A stretch of DNA of 64,000 nt, from assembly GCA_963785215.1 (NCBI GenBank), contig CAWAUU010000033.1, positions 40,334-104,333 on the forward strand. Reading direction: 5' to 3'. Positions within the stretch are counted from its first letter, which is position 1. The number at the start of each line of letters is the position of its first letter. Made by a program: the position numbers and the translations under genes. The notes beneath the pieces were generated by a model. That model did not search any database, was not told the DNA's origin, and saw only the letters and a program-made list of their open reading frames with translations. Below are positions 1-10,978 of the stretch, in pieces. The DNA is from Candidatus Bathyarchaeota archaeon (GTDB taxonomy: Archaea > Thermoproteota > Bathyarchaeia > Bathyarchaeales > Bathycorpusculaceae).

Positions 1-1334
1 CTCGACTTTCTCAGCCGGGTACTCGTATGGTTGGAGGTTGCCGCTGAAGTATTCGTCGTATGCTGCCATGTCAAAGTAGCCGTGACCGCAGAGCACGAAC
101 AGGATGGTTTTTGCTTCGCCTGTCTTTTTGCAGCGTAGTGCTTCGTCAATGACGCCTTTGATCGCGTGAGACGGTTCAGGCGCTGGGATTATGCCTTCGG
201 TTTGAATGAAAAGTTTAGCTGCATCAAAGACTTCTATTTGGTTGAATGCTTCTGTAGTCATTTGCTTTTCCTGAACAAGCACGCTTATGGTTGGGGCGAT
301 GCCGTGGTAGCGGAGCCCGCCTGCGTGTATGGGTGCAGGAATGAAGTCGTGACCTATAGTGTGCATGGGGACAAGCGGGGTTAGTTTTGCGGTGTCGCCG
401 TGGTCATACTGGTATTGTCCCTTTGGTGACTTTGGGGCATGCGGTGGCTTCGGTGGCGACGAATTTGGTTTCTTTAGGTGCTTTCTTTGCGACCTTGTCG
501 TGGTAGAAGGGCCACATGAGTCCTGAGAAACTGCTGCCTCCACCTATGCAACCGTAAACCACATCAGGATAATCGTCGACCATTTCGAGTTGTTTTTTGG
601 CTTCTAATCCTTCAACTGTCTGGTGTAAGCAAACGTGGTTGAAGACGCTGCCTATGGCATAGTTGGTTTCTTCTTCGTTGACGAGGGCGTCTTCGACGGC
701 TTCGCTGATGGCTATGCCGAGGCTGCCCTTGCTATCTGGGTCTTCAGCTAGGATTTTTCTTCCCGCCTCTGTTTTGTTACTTGGGCTAGCAATACATTCT
801 GCGCCGAAAGCTTTCATCATCATCTTTCGATAAGGTTTCTGGTCATAACTTGCACGAACCATGTAAACCGTAGCTTTAAGCCCGAACATCATGGCTGCAA
901 ATGCTAAGGCGGAACCCCATTGGCCTGCGCCTGTTTCTGTTGATAGGCGTTTTGTGCCTTCTTTCATGTTGTAGTATGCTTGGGGTACAGCGGTGTTTGG
1001 TTTGTGGCTTCCGGCTGGGCTTACGCCTTCGTATTTGTAGTAGATTTTTGCTGGCGTTTTTAGTGCTTTTTCTAGACCGATTGCTCTGAAGAGTGGTGAT
1101 GGTCTCCAGATTCGGTAGACTTCTCGGACTTCTTCGGGTATGTCTATCCATCGTTCTTGGCTTATTTCTTGACCGATAATTGCTTTTGGGAATATTCTTG
1201 GGACGATTCCGACGCCTGGCTGTTTTGTTGCTGCATCGATGAATGGTGGGAGCGGCTTAGGCAAGTCGGGAACTATGTTATACCACTGTTTTGGTATATC
1301 ATCTTCTTTAAGTAAGATTTTTCTAGTTTGGCAT
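1..1334 (-). CDS. trpB2: Tryptophan synthase beta chain 2 (TrpB2), apparent frameshifts near 1330 and 410; runs off the left edge
   Basis: PLP lysine motif [25 protein letters not shown]. Continuation in another frame reads [12 protein letters not shown]...HAGGLRYHG...LCGHGYFD. N-terminus [16 protein letters not shown] lies upstream of the called ORF. Confidence 0.9.
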
Positions 1335-1482
1335 TTCTTTCGCCTTTTTGTCTTTAAAGCTATGAAACGTACGTTTAAGTTTTATTTAAGGCTTTTGTGT
1401 ACAGATTTGTCCATCAAACACGATGACCATTAAACAACACATTTATACTCAGACGAACAAAAACATACAAAAGCGAAACAAA

Positions 1483-1986
1483 ATGTGGAACCAAATAAAA
1501 AATCAACTACAACAATACCCCGAACGACTCAAAGTAGCACGCGTCCTAATAGAAAACGGATTAAGCGTCCAAAACAACAAAATATACCTAAACCAAATCG
1601 AAATCCCACCAGTACGCATAGCAAGAGCCGCCGGAGTAGACCGACGAACAGTAAACGAAACATTAAACACAATAAAAGCCAGCCCAGAACTCAAATTGAT
1701 TTTTGAAGAAATACGTCCAGCAGGACATTCACTAAAAGAAATCGCCAAACACATCAATCTCGGAGTCTTAGAAATAACCCCTGTAAACGCAAAATCGCCA
1801 GGAATCTTATCCAACGCAGCCATGATTCTCAACAGGGCAGGATTAAGCATCAGGCAAGCTATCGTAGATGACCCAGAACTCTCACCGGAACCAAAACTCA
1901 CTTTGATAGTTGAGAAAAAAATCCCAGGAGAACTAATCCCTGAAATACTGAAAATACCCGGAATAGCCAAAGTTTCAGTCTACTGA
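1483..1986 (+). CDS. ACT-domain regulator of amino-acid metabolism (COG2150-like)
   Basis: N-terminal HTH-like IARAAGVDRRTV; C-terminal ACT-like PGILS...ISIRQAIVDDPEL. Divergent from trpB2. Confidence 0.8.
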   Translation: MWNQIKNQLQQYPERLKVARVLIENGLSVQNNKIYLNQIEIPPVRIARAAGVDRRTVNETLNTIKASPELKLIFEEIRPAGHSLKEIAKHINLGVLEITPVNAKSPGILSNAAMILNRAGLSIRQAIVDDPELSPEPKLTLIVEKKIPGELIPEILKIPGIAKVSVY

Positions 1987-2139
1987 TCCCGTGGCAAAAA
2001 TGAAACAAAGAAAACTGTAAAAACAGAATAAATGATGCAAAAAACGCTTGCCTAAGCGTTATTAATTATACGCTGACTAGAAAAACTTATATGGCTAGTA
2101 ACATGTTGTTGTTGTTCGCATTAAAGGAGATTACTTGAT

Positions 2140-3814
2140 TTGTCATCATTTCCAACACAAGCGGGCGGAGTACCTGTTCTCGTTTTAAAGGAAGGTTCAA
2201 ACAGGTCCCGCGGAAGAGAAGCACAACACGGAAACATAACTGCCGCTAAAGTTCTAGCTGAAAGCGTCCGAAGCTCTTTAGGACCAAAAGGCATGGATAA
2301 AATGTTAGTTGACAACTTCGGAGACGTCACAATAACAAGTGATGGCCGAACCATCTTAGATGAGATGGATATTCAGCATCCAGCAGCCAAAATGCTAGTT
2401 GAAGTTGCCAAAACCCAAGACAATGAAGCTGGCGACGGAACAACATCCGCCGTTATAATTGCAGGCGAACTTCTCAACAAAGCAGAAGAATTAATTGACA
2501 AAAATATTCACCCAACAATCATAATTGACGGCTATAGGATGGCAGCTGAAAAAGCGCTAGAAACCCTTGAAAAAATAGCCATCCCCGTAGACCTGAAATC
2601 TCAGGACTACCTGAAAAAGGCTGCAACAACCTCAATGGGAAGCAAAATCGTTGCTGAATACAAAGAATACTTGGCGGATTTAGCTGTTAAGGCAATGTTG
2701 GCAGTCGCCGAAAAACACGACGGAGTCTACAAGGCAGATGTTGACGACGTAAAAGTTGAAAAGAAAACAGGCGAATCCCTAAGCGACACCACCCTAATAA
2801 ACGGCATAGTTTTAGACAAAGAAATTGTTCACTCAGGAATGCCCAAGCGAGTAGAGAACGCAAAGATTGCATTAATCGATACTTCGTTAGAGATTGAAAA
2901 ACCCGAGTTAGATGCTAAAATAAACATTGAAAGCCCCGACCAGATTGAAGCGTTCCTTAAGCAAGAAGAAACAATGCTAAAAGACATGACTAACAAAATT
3001 TTAGCTTCAGGCGCAAACGTAGTCATCTGCCAAAAAGGGATAGATGACATGGCTCAGCATTTCCTTGCCAGAAAAGGAATAATCGCCATTAGGAGAGCCA
3101 AAAAATCCGACATGGAAAAACTCGCAAAAGCCGCTGGAGGAAAAATAGTATCCAGCTTGGATGATATTTCACCGTCAGACCTTGGGTATGCAGCTTTGGT
3201 GGAAGAGCGCAGAATTGGCGACGACAAAATGACTTTTATTGAAGGCTGCAAGAACCCAAAAGCAGTTACCATCTTGATTAGAGCTGGAACTCAACGTATG
3301 ACTGCAGAGGCAGAACGTTCAATCCACGATGCTCTCTGCGTTATCAGAGACCTAATTCAAGAGCCAAAAATCGTAGCTGGAGGAAGCGCTCCAGAACTTG
3401 AAATGGCAAGTGTACTGAGAAAATATGCTGAAACAATGCCGGGAAGAGAGCAACTTGCAGTCAGAATATTCGCAGAAGCCCTCGAATCGATAACTGTAAC
3501 GCTTGCCGAAAACGCTGGCTTAGACCCAATTGACATACTTTCAGAATTACGAGCTAGGCACGAAAAAGGAGAAACATGGGCGGGCATAGAAGTCCTAACA
3601 GGAAAAGTCCAGGATATGTCAAAAGTAAACATTTTTGAGCCGCTCTCAGTTAAAAAACAAATAATCAAATCAGCAACCGAAGCAGCATCCATGATACTCA
3701 AAATTGACGATGTTATTGCCTCAGGCAAAATGAAGGGACCACCAACTCCAGCCAGGAGGCGGCATGGGTGGAATGGGTGGAATGGGCGGATATCCAGGCG
3801 CTGGAGAGTACTAA
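2140..3814 (+). CDS. ths: Thermosome (group II chaperonin) subunit; 1-bp indel near 3750
   Basis: [25 protein letters not shown]. The true tail [15 protein letters not shown] is in a shifted frame ending TAA 3812-3814. Confidence 0.95.
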
Positions 3815-3816
3815 AT

Positions 3817-4059
3817 ATGTCAGAACAAAAAATAACTGTTGGACCACCAAAAATTACTCGCTTCGAGAAAGCAAGAATAGTTGGAGCTAGAGCGCTTCAA
3901 ATCTCGATGGGAGCACCGATTTTGGTGGATGCAAGTGAAAATACAAACCCGATTGACATCGCTCTAAAAGAACTTGATGCTAGAATACTGCCGATAACGA
4001 TTAGAAGGACATTGCCAGACGGAACTTTCCAAGATATTCCGTTAAAATGGCTAACTTAA
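3817..4059 (+). CDS. rpoK: RNA polymerase subunit Rpo6 (K)
   Basis: [21 protein letters not shown]...LPITIRR, with its own ATG at 3817. Confidence 0.95.
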   Translation: MSEQKITVGPPKITRFEKARIVGARALQISMGAPILVDASENTNPIDIALKELDARILPITIRRTLPDGTFQDIPLKWLT

Positions 4060-4067
4060 ACTTAACT

Positions 4068-4556
4068 TCAATTTTTTTCTTTTAATTTTTCCAGTTTTGC
4101 TTGCGCTTCTTTAAGGGTATTGCTGATTTGTTTCCAGTGTGCTCCTTGCCAGTAGACTTGTCCGCAATTTGGGCATTTCCAAAATTTATCGTAGTAGGTG
4201 AACGTGTTTTTCTCTAGTTCGCCTGAAAGTTGCTCTTTTGGCGTAGCCTTAAGTTTTGTGTTGCATACTGGGCAATGGGACTTTTCCATATCTATCTCTA
4301 ATGTTAAGCTGTATCGCTTGGCAACTTCTGCCAGCCGTTCGGATTCCGATTTGCCTTCAAGGTAGAGGGCATCTATGCCTTTGGCGTTGGCGCGTTGGTA
4401 AAGCTCTAAATCTTTAGTTAATAAAACGCGGCTTTCCTTTTTTGCCAGTTCAAGAAGCCCAGAATCACTCAGCTGAATGGAGTATAAGACGTCATGCCCC
4501 AACATGCGTAGCCAACGTGCCAGTTTTCCCAGCATAGCATCCGCTATGAACTTCAC
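4068..4556 (-). CDS. Mut7-C RNase (PIN-like) domain protein with Zn ribbon
   Basis: FIADAMLGKLARWLRMLGHD, LLTKD, CPVCN...CPNCGQVYWQGAH. Confidence 0.9.
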   Translation of the reverse strand: MKFIADAMLGKLARWLRMLGHDVLYSIQLSDSGLLELAKKESRVLLTKDLELYQRANAKGIDALYLEGKSESERLAEVAKRYSLTLEIDMEKSHCPVCNTKLKATPKEQLSGELEKNTFTYYDKFWKCPNCGQVYWQGAHWKQISNTLKEAQAKLEKLKEKN

Positions 4557-5899
4557 ACGTTACCTCTCCGAACAATTGAGCCGCTACCCGCTTTAGCAAC
4601 TATTTCCCCCTCATCGAAAACTAACAATCCGTTAACAAAGGTCTTTAATGGCTTACCTTGAACTTCCCACCCGTCATACGGGGAATATTTCGCTTTGGAC
4701 TTGAATTTTGAAGCATCAATTTTGAATTTGCGGTTAAAATCTACCACAGTTAAATCTGCATTCTTTCCCTGCTCCAAACGACCACGGTCATTCAAACCGT
4801 AAATCTCTGCCGGTTTCTCCGCCAGAAGCTGAACCGCCTGGGCGAAGGACAAACGATTTTTCTTTACAAGCGTCAAAATAAGGGGCAATGTGGTTTCTAA
4901 ACCGGGCACGCCAACTTTAACATCCCAAACACTGCTTGCCGACTTCTCGCCTAAAGCATGCGGCGCATGGTCTGAACCTAAAGCATCAATCCAACCTGCT
5001 TCCAAACCTTTCCATAACGCTTCAACATGATTTTTGCTGCGAACCGGGGGCGCCATAATCAGCAATTGCCCGTAATGTTCCAAATCAGCAGTAGATAACA
5101 ATAGATGATTAGGGGTAACTTCACATGTTACTTTTCTTCCAGATTTTTTTGCTTCAACAATGGCGTTTAAGCCCTCTTCAGTTGAAACATGACAAAAATG
5201 CAACCGCACATCAGTTTGCGCACTTATTTTTAGTAGGCGTTCGATGGCTTTTAGCTCAACTGTTTCTGAGTGTGCCTCTTGAAAAGCGGCAATGCTACTT
5301 TTTTTGGCTTGCTCAAGTTTCCCTTCGTTTTTTGTAAGCAATGATTTATCTTCAGCATGCACCGCCAGTGGCACCTTCATCTCGGCGACTTCTTTGAATG
5401 CATCAAGTAGGGCTTGGTCGTCATCTATGTTTAGTCCGCCGATTTGGCAACCCATGAAAAGCTTGAAGCCTACTGCCCCTTCGGAAATGATGTCTTTTGC
5501 TTCGGCCAATTTTTTTGGAAATTCAGAATAGAATCCCACGTTAACGAGAACTTTTCTTTCGGCGATTGCCATGCGGTTTCTTAAGGTTTCCAGGCTCATT
5601 GTTACTGGTTCGTTGTTAGGCATGTCTAAGACTGTGGTGAAGCCCCCAGCGGCTGCGGCGGCTGTTCCTGTTTGGAAGTCTTCTTTGTACGCTTTTCCCT
5701 CGTCCCGCAGGTGAACATGCTCATCTATCAAGCCTGGCAGGACTAGGAGGTTTTTTAGGTTAGTTTTTTGGTCAGCGTTTGGCATTTGTGTTTCTTTGCC
5801 GATTTTGAAGATTTTGCCTTCTTCAATGGCTATGCTGCAATCGACGATTTGCCCGTTGAGGTAGGCTTTGGCGTTTGTGAGGACAGAATCAACAATCAA
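4553..5899 (-). CDS. pyrC: Dihydroorotase (amidohydrolase family)
   Basis: PGLIDEHVHLRD, GGFTTVLDMPNN, HVST, CEVTPNHL, SDHAPH. Confidence 0.8.
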   Translation of the reverse strand: MIVDSVLTNAKAYLNGQIVDCSIAIEEGKIFKIGKETQMPNADQKTNLKNLLVLPGLIDEHVHLRDEGKAYKEDFQTGTAAAAAGGFTTVLDMPNNEPVTMSLETLRNRMAIAERKVLVNVGFYSEFPKKLAEAKDIISEGAVGFKLFMGCQIGGLNIDDDQALLDAFKEVAEMKVPLAVHAEDKSLLTKNEGKLEQAKKSSIAAFQEAHSETVELKAIERLLKISAQTDVRLHFCHVSTEEGLNAIVEAKKSGRKVTCEVTPNHLLLSTADLEHYGQLLIMAPPVRSKNHVEALWKGLEAGWIDALGSDHAPHALGEKSASSVWDVKVGVPGLETTLPLILTLVKKNRLSFAQAVQLLAEKPAEIYGLNDRGRLEQGKNADLTVVDFNRKFKIDASKFKSKAKYSPYDGWEVQGKPLKTFVNGLLVFDEGEIVAKAGSGSIVRRGNV

Positions 5900-6063
5900 A
5901 TCAGTTCACGGTCTACATTGAATAGCGAGTGGTTTGCTAATTAAAGTTTATTTACGACATTTGCTTAGGGAACAACGCAAAGCTACTTAAAACGTATCTA
6001 TTGAGAAAAGCTAAAATTTCGTGTTTATCGAGCTATGGAAAGAACAAGCTTAAAAAGAAAATA

Positions 6064-6663
6064 TTATTTTTCTTGCTCTAGTTCTATTCGGCATTCGTCG
6101 CAGATGTTTTGTCCGTTTCGTTCCTTAAGGCTTTCGGAATAGACGTTGCAGCGGTCGCAGTATCCTGACACAGGCGTCTCTTCGGTTTCTTCAGTTCGGT
6201 CGGCATCTTCAATACGTGATTTTTCCTGGATTATTTCTATCAGTTCAGGCATTACGCCAAGGATATCTTTGCTTGAGATTATTCCGACAAGGTTGCCTTT
6301 GTAAATAACGCCGAGCCGTCTGATATCTAGCCTGTTCATTCGACGCGCTGCTTCAGTTATTGCTGCGTCAGGTTCAATTGTTACCAAGGGAGTTGTCATG
6401 ATTTCTTTGGCTTTAACTGTATCAGGTTTGAGGTTTTTTGCTAAAACCCTAATCACTAAATCTCGCTCGGTAATGATGCCGATTGATTTTCCAGCTTTAT
6501 TTGTAACTATTACGCAGCCTAAATCGTTCTTGTCCATGACAACTGCAGCTTTGTTCGAGGCTTCATTTTCCGCCATAGTTACTACTGGGCTACTCATTAC
6601 GTCTTTTACTAGCATTTTTGTTCTTAATCCGATTTCAGACATCGCAAATTTCACTTCTGACAA
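6064..6663 (-). CDS. CBS-pair protein with C-terminal Zn ribbon
   Basis: VKDVMSSPVVT...GIITERDL...IMTTPLVTI; C-terminal CDRC...CDEC. Confidence 0.9.
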   Translation of the reverse strand: MSEVKFAMSEIGLRTKMLVKDVMSSPVVTMAENEASNKAAVVMDKNDLGCVIVTNKAGKSIGIITERDLVIRVLAKNLKPDTVKAKEIMTTPLVTIEPDAAITEAARRMNRLDIRRLGVIYKGNLVGIISSKDILGVMPELIEIIQEKSRIEDADRTEETEETPVSGYCDRCNVYSESLKERNGQNICDECRIELEQEK

Positions 6664-6784
6664 TTTTTAGAGAAGGTCAGCTTCACTGCAACAATAAAGA
6701 GCCGCATAATTTAAGATTTACTTAATGAAGAAACGCTTTCTGTGAAGTTTTATTAGACTCCTTAAAGATAGGACACAATGCTCA

Positions 6785-7687
6785 ATGGGGAATAACTTTA
6801 TGCTTCAAACAAACTTGGAAAAACTAATAAAAATATCAGTCATGGGTGAAATAGCCAGCCCAACAATCAGGTCAATCTATAATGTTTCGGCAACAGGGAA
6901 ACCCTTGGTTTTGCCTGGAGTAGGCGGCATAACGTATAATCTAAGAGTCGGCGATCCAGCATGCGGTTGGGAAGCTGATCATGTAGAGCCAAGCGTTAGC
7001 GTGGAAAACAAGGAAAACGATGCCCGCTCAGGGCAAGCTGCTAATACCGCATTCAACGTGCTATCATGCGTTGGAAACAAAGCTACCGTAGTTAACGGTG
7101 ACGCTAAGGGCGCTAAGGGAACTGTCACAGGCAAACATGGTGGAATCGAGCATGTGCTGGTTGATTTTCCCTCCGAGGTTTTGGAGAAGCTTGTGCTTGG
7201 AGATAGGATTCTGGTGAAAGCTTTCGGCGTGGGTTTAAAACTGGTTGATTTCCCAGAAATTAAAGTCTTGAATATGGATCCAGCGTTGCTTGATGCTTGG
7301 AGTATCGAACCGAAGGGTGACAAACTTGAAGTGCCGGTTACGCATATTGTCCCAGCGGCTATTATGGGTTCAGGTTTAGGAGCTAACCAAGTTAACTCGG
7401 GAGATTATGATATTCAATTGTTCGATAAAGCAGTCGTTGAGCAATATGGGCTTGAAAGTTTAAGGCTTGGCGATTTAGTAGCTATTATTGACGCGGACCA
7501 CTCGTTTGGTAGAATTTACCGCCAAGGCGCTGTTTCAGTAGGCGTAGTAATCCACACAAACTGTGTAACAGCAGGACACGGACCGGGAGTTACAACCTTG
7601 ATGACATCGCCTGATGGAAAAATTATCCCCAAAATAAATCAAAAAGCTAACATTGCTTCCATCTTAAAGTTAAGAGCATATATATAA
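6785..7687 (+). CDS. DUF4438 (TM1086-like) protein
   Basis: GGITYN, ADHVEP, GKHGG, GDYDI and GHGPG motifs. Confidence 0.8.
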   Translation: MGNNFMLQTNLEKLIKISVMGEIASPTIRSIYNVSATGKPLVLPGVGGITYNLRVGDPACGWEADHVEPSVSVENKENDARSGQAANTAFNVLSCVGNKATVVNGDAKGAKGTVTGKHGGIEHVLVDFPSEVLEKLVLGDRILVKAFGVGLKLVDFPEIKVLNMDPALLDAWSIEPKGDKLEVPVTHIVPAAIMGSGLGANQVNSGDYDIQLFDKAVVEQYGLESLRLGDLVAIIDADHSFGRIYRQGAVSVGVVIHTNCVTAGHGPGVTTLMTSPDGKIIPKINQKANIASILKLRAYI

Positions 7688-7736
7688 GATAGTTTAATGC
7701 ATATTTGGAAAATAAGAGAGAAAGAGGTTAAAATAA

Positions 7737-8027
7737 TTGCCATCTAAGCGAAAGAGCCGAGGAAGAGCCAAAGGAAGCAAAGGAAGCAGCAGCCTTGTTC
7801 AATGCGCTAATTGTGGAGCCATGGTGCCGCGCGATAAGGCAAAGAGAAATACTCGTCGTGTGTCGTTTGTTGAGCCTCAGTTAGCTAAGGAGCTTAGACA
7901 AAAAGGCACATATCTAGCTTCGTGGGTGGACACGAAATACTACTGCATATCCTGTGCCGTTCACCGCGGAATCGTTAATGTTAGAGCCGAAAGCGAGCGT
8001 CACTCAAGAGCTAAAAGACGATACTAA
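7737..8027 (+). CDS. rps26e: 30S ribosomal protein S26e
   Basis: VQCANCGAMVPRDKA...YCISCAVHRGIV. Confidence 0.95.
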   Translation: MPSKRKSRGRAKGSKGSSSLVQCANCGAMVPRDKAKRNTRRVSFVEPQLAKELRQKGTYLASWVDTKYYCISCAVHRGIVNVRAESERHSRAKRRY

Positions 8028-8032
8028 ATAGC

Positions 8033-8659
8033 TTATACTGTTTTTTTCTTTAATTCCTTGTAAACGTGAAATGCTCTTTGTATAACGGTAAAGTTTGAAA
8101 GCACCGCTAACAAGGCTATACCATAACCCAAGGCTGGTAGCCAGAAAAACGCGATTATGCTGACAGCGGCTAGAATAAGCATGCGTTCAGCTCTTTCAGC
8201 GAGGCCTATTGACTCCATTTTTATGCCTGCTGCTTCCGCTCTTGCTCTACTATAACTTACCAGCAGAGAACCTGCGAGAGTTGCTAAGGCCCAAACTGGA
8301 CCCCAAACCGTACCCCAAGCCTGGTTGCATAATCCAGCGATTATTATGGCGGCGTATACTATTGCGTCTGCATACCTGTCAAGAACGGAATCGAAGAAGC
8401 CGCCGAACACTGTTACCTGCTGAAAAGTTCTGGCGATGATGCCGTCAAGCGTGTCGCAGAATCCTGATGCTAAAAGCAAAGCTGTTGCCAAAAGAAGAAG
8501 CCACTGGTAATTTGGAGCCATTACATATGCGCCGGCTGATGCGACAGCTAGTATGAATCCTATGAGGCTTACTTTGTTTGGAGTTAAGCCTATTTTATGT
8601 GCGGCTATTGCTTGTGAAGTTAGCATTTGCTGAACTTTTTTCTTCAGTTTAGTTAGCAA
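8033..8659 (-). CDS. CDP-alcohol phosphatidyltransferase (archaetidylinositol-phosphate synthase-like)
   Basis: DTLDGIIAR...GGFFDSVLDRYAD signature, SYSRARAE, ERAER. Confidence 0.9.
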   Translation of the reverse strand: MLTKLKKKVQQMLTSQAIAAHKIGLTPNKVSLIGFILAVASAGAYVMAPNYQWLLLLATALLLASGFCDTLDGIIARTFQQVTVFGGFFDSVLDRYADAIVYAAIIIAGLCNQAWGTVWGPVWALATLAGSLLVSYSRARAEAAGIKMESIGLAERAERMLILAAVSIIAFFWLPALGYGIALLAVLSNFTVIQRAFHVYKELKKKTV

Positions 8660-8811
8660 GTTAACATCCTGTGAGCTTGTTGAGTGTTAAGCTCATTATG
8701 GGTTGGGTGTAAAAAAGCCTTTCCAGTTAGGTTGCCGTCAAATGTTGAACAATTTTTCTTATAAACGGTTTTTCAATGGACTTATTAGGAAGAACTTGTA
8801 TAAGTTGGGCA

Positions 8812-8856
8812 GTAACGTTTCCGTTACTAGTCAAACGCAAGTAACAGTGACGTTAC
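8812..8856. promoter_or_regulatory. Two tandem GTAAC-N6-GTTAC palindromes upstream of alba
   Basis: gtaac-gtttcc-gttac (8812-8827) and gtaac-agtgac-gttac (8841-8856), between a TATA-like element (~8797) and the alba ATG. Confidence 0.5.
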
Positions 8857-8884
8857 ACAAAGCAAACACAAAGGAGTAAAGAAA

Positions 8885-9172
8885 ATGACTCAAAATTCAG
8901 ATGTTATCTTCGTCGGGAATAAACCTCCAATGAGCTATGTTCTGGCAATCATAACAAGCTTCTCCTCAGGAACCCTTCAAGAAGTCACTTTGAAAGCTCG
9001 AGGCCAAGCCATAACTACCGCTGTTGATGTTGCTGAGATAGCAAGAAACCGGTTCATTAAAGACCTTAAAGTTGCTAAGATCGCTATTGGAACGGCTGAG
9101 ATGCCACCACGTGAGGGAGAGAGCAAGTCCAGAATGGTTTCGACGATGGAGATAACGCTAAGCAAAAAGTAA
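8885..9172 (+). CDS. albA: DNA/RNA-binding protein Alba
   Basis: IFVGNKPPMSYVLA...LKARGQAITTAVDVAEI...VSTMEI. Confidence 0.95.
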   Translation: MTQNSDVIFVGNKPPMSYVLAIITSFSSGTLQEVTLKARGQAITTAVDVAEIARNRFIKDLKVAKIAIGTAEMPPREGESKSRMVSTMEITLSKK

Positions 9173-9637
9173 AACTGGACAGCAAACAAAACCAAGAAAC
9201 CAAATCCAAACCTTCTTCTTATTTTTTAACACTCAGTGCTTTTTGAAATCGATATTTTCAAACAACACTGTAAATGTCGCTAAAGTTCAGATGCTCGTTA
9301 TTTTAACGAATACACAAAACGGTTGGCTGTGCATTACCTGAATTATTTCCCAAGGTGAAGAAGGACTCATAGTGGCAGACGAGCCATCTCAGCTAGAGCA
9401 ATCATGCAAAGTACCACGCTGCAATTTTAGGAATTATTATGATGACAACCGTTTTGGCGTCGATACTTTTGAGCAAATCTTTGAAAAAAAGCCCCTAAAA
9501 AAGCACTGACAAAACAGAGGCTTAGGATACAACCGCTCCAGATTATATATCGACGTATCCGCTTTAGGCTTTGCTGTTTGCATCGTAAAGTTAAATAGCT
9601 GATTTTGTTAGTTAGAGAATTACTCCGTGTGAGAGCA

Positions 9638-10928
9638 ATGTTAGATATCAAGCTTATCCGTGAAAACCCCGAGACTAGTAAAAAATAATTTGGAAAAGCG
9701 TGGGCAACCCTGAAACCACCCAAATGCTAGGGGATTTAATTGCTGTTGACAAGGAATGGCGATTTAACCTCACTAAACTAAACGAGCTGCGCCACCAGCG
9801 AAAGCAAGTAACCATAGAAATCGCCAAACTAAAAAAAGCCGGCAAAGAAGCCGACAGCGAAGTCGAGAGAGCACAAGACATCGATGAAAAAATAACAATC
9901 ATTGAAAAGCAAGTAACCCAACAAGAACAGAAAACCCATGACTACCTCATGCAGCTTCCGAACCTGCTGGATGAGAGTGTTCCGCTTGGAAAAGACTCAA
10001 ACGACAATGTTCGAGTAAAAACTTGGGGAACAATCCCGAAATTTAATTTTCCAATAAAAAACCATATCGACTTAGCCTTAGAATTAGACCAAATTGACAT
10101 GGAAAGAGCTGGAAAAGTATCTGGCGCAAGATTCTTCTACCTAAAAAACCAAGTCGCACAATTAGACATGGCGCTGATGAGCTTCGCCATAGAGGAACTG
10201 ACAAAAAAGGGCTACACACCAATCATTCCGCCGTATTTGATGAAGCGTGAAGCATACGAAGGCGTAACAGCACTTGGCGACTTCGCTGATGTTCTCTACA
10301 AAGTGGAAAACGAAGACCTGTACTTAATCGCCACTTCTGAGCATCCTATGGCTGCAATGTACATGAACGAAGTGTTAAAAGAACAGGACATGCCGCTAAA
10401 ACTTGCGGGAATAAGCACGTGCTTTAGAAAAGAGGCGGGGGCACACGGCAAAGACACAAGAGGAATATTCCGAACCCACCAATTCAACAAAATCGAACAA
10501 TTCATCTTTTGCAAGCCAGAAGACTCAGCGAAGCTGCATGAGGAACTGCTGCAGAACGCTGAGGAATTGCTTCAAAAGCTTGAATTGCCATACCGGTTGT
10601 TAACGTTTGCACAGGCGACATCGGAACCGTAGCGGCCAAAAAATACGATATTGAAGCTTGGATGCCAGCGCAAAATGGGTACCGAGAAGTTGTTTCGTGC
10701 AGCAACTGTACTGATTATCAAGGAAGACGTTTAGGCATTCGTTACCGGGAAAAGGAGGGCGCACCGCCGAAAGGATTTGTTCATACATTAAACTCGACAG
10801 CTGTAGCTACAGGCAGAACGATAGTTGCCATAATAGAAAACAATCAGCAAGAAGACGGCACAATTAACATACCGAGTGCTTTGAGAAAATACATGGGTAA
10901 CAGAGAAAAAATTGACAAAAAACGCTAA
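9638..10928 (+). CDS. serS: Seryl-tRNA synthetase (apparent frameshifts near 9675, 9703 and 10600)
   Basis: [11 protein letters not shown] start, [51 protein letters not shown]. Confidence 0.95.
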
Positions 10929-10978
10929 ACCTTTTAATATTTCCTTGAGAATGTTGAGGCACGTTTGGAGAAATAAAT

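Noticed and set aside
3766-3792. ATGGGTGGA tandem repeat
   Set aside because: Encodes the ordinary GGM tail of chaperonins.
2140-4059. Thermosome-RpoK fusion in the ORF track
   Set aside because: The normal GGM-rich tail and stop exist in a shifted frame and RpoK has its own ATG; 1-bp indel artefact.
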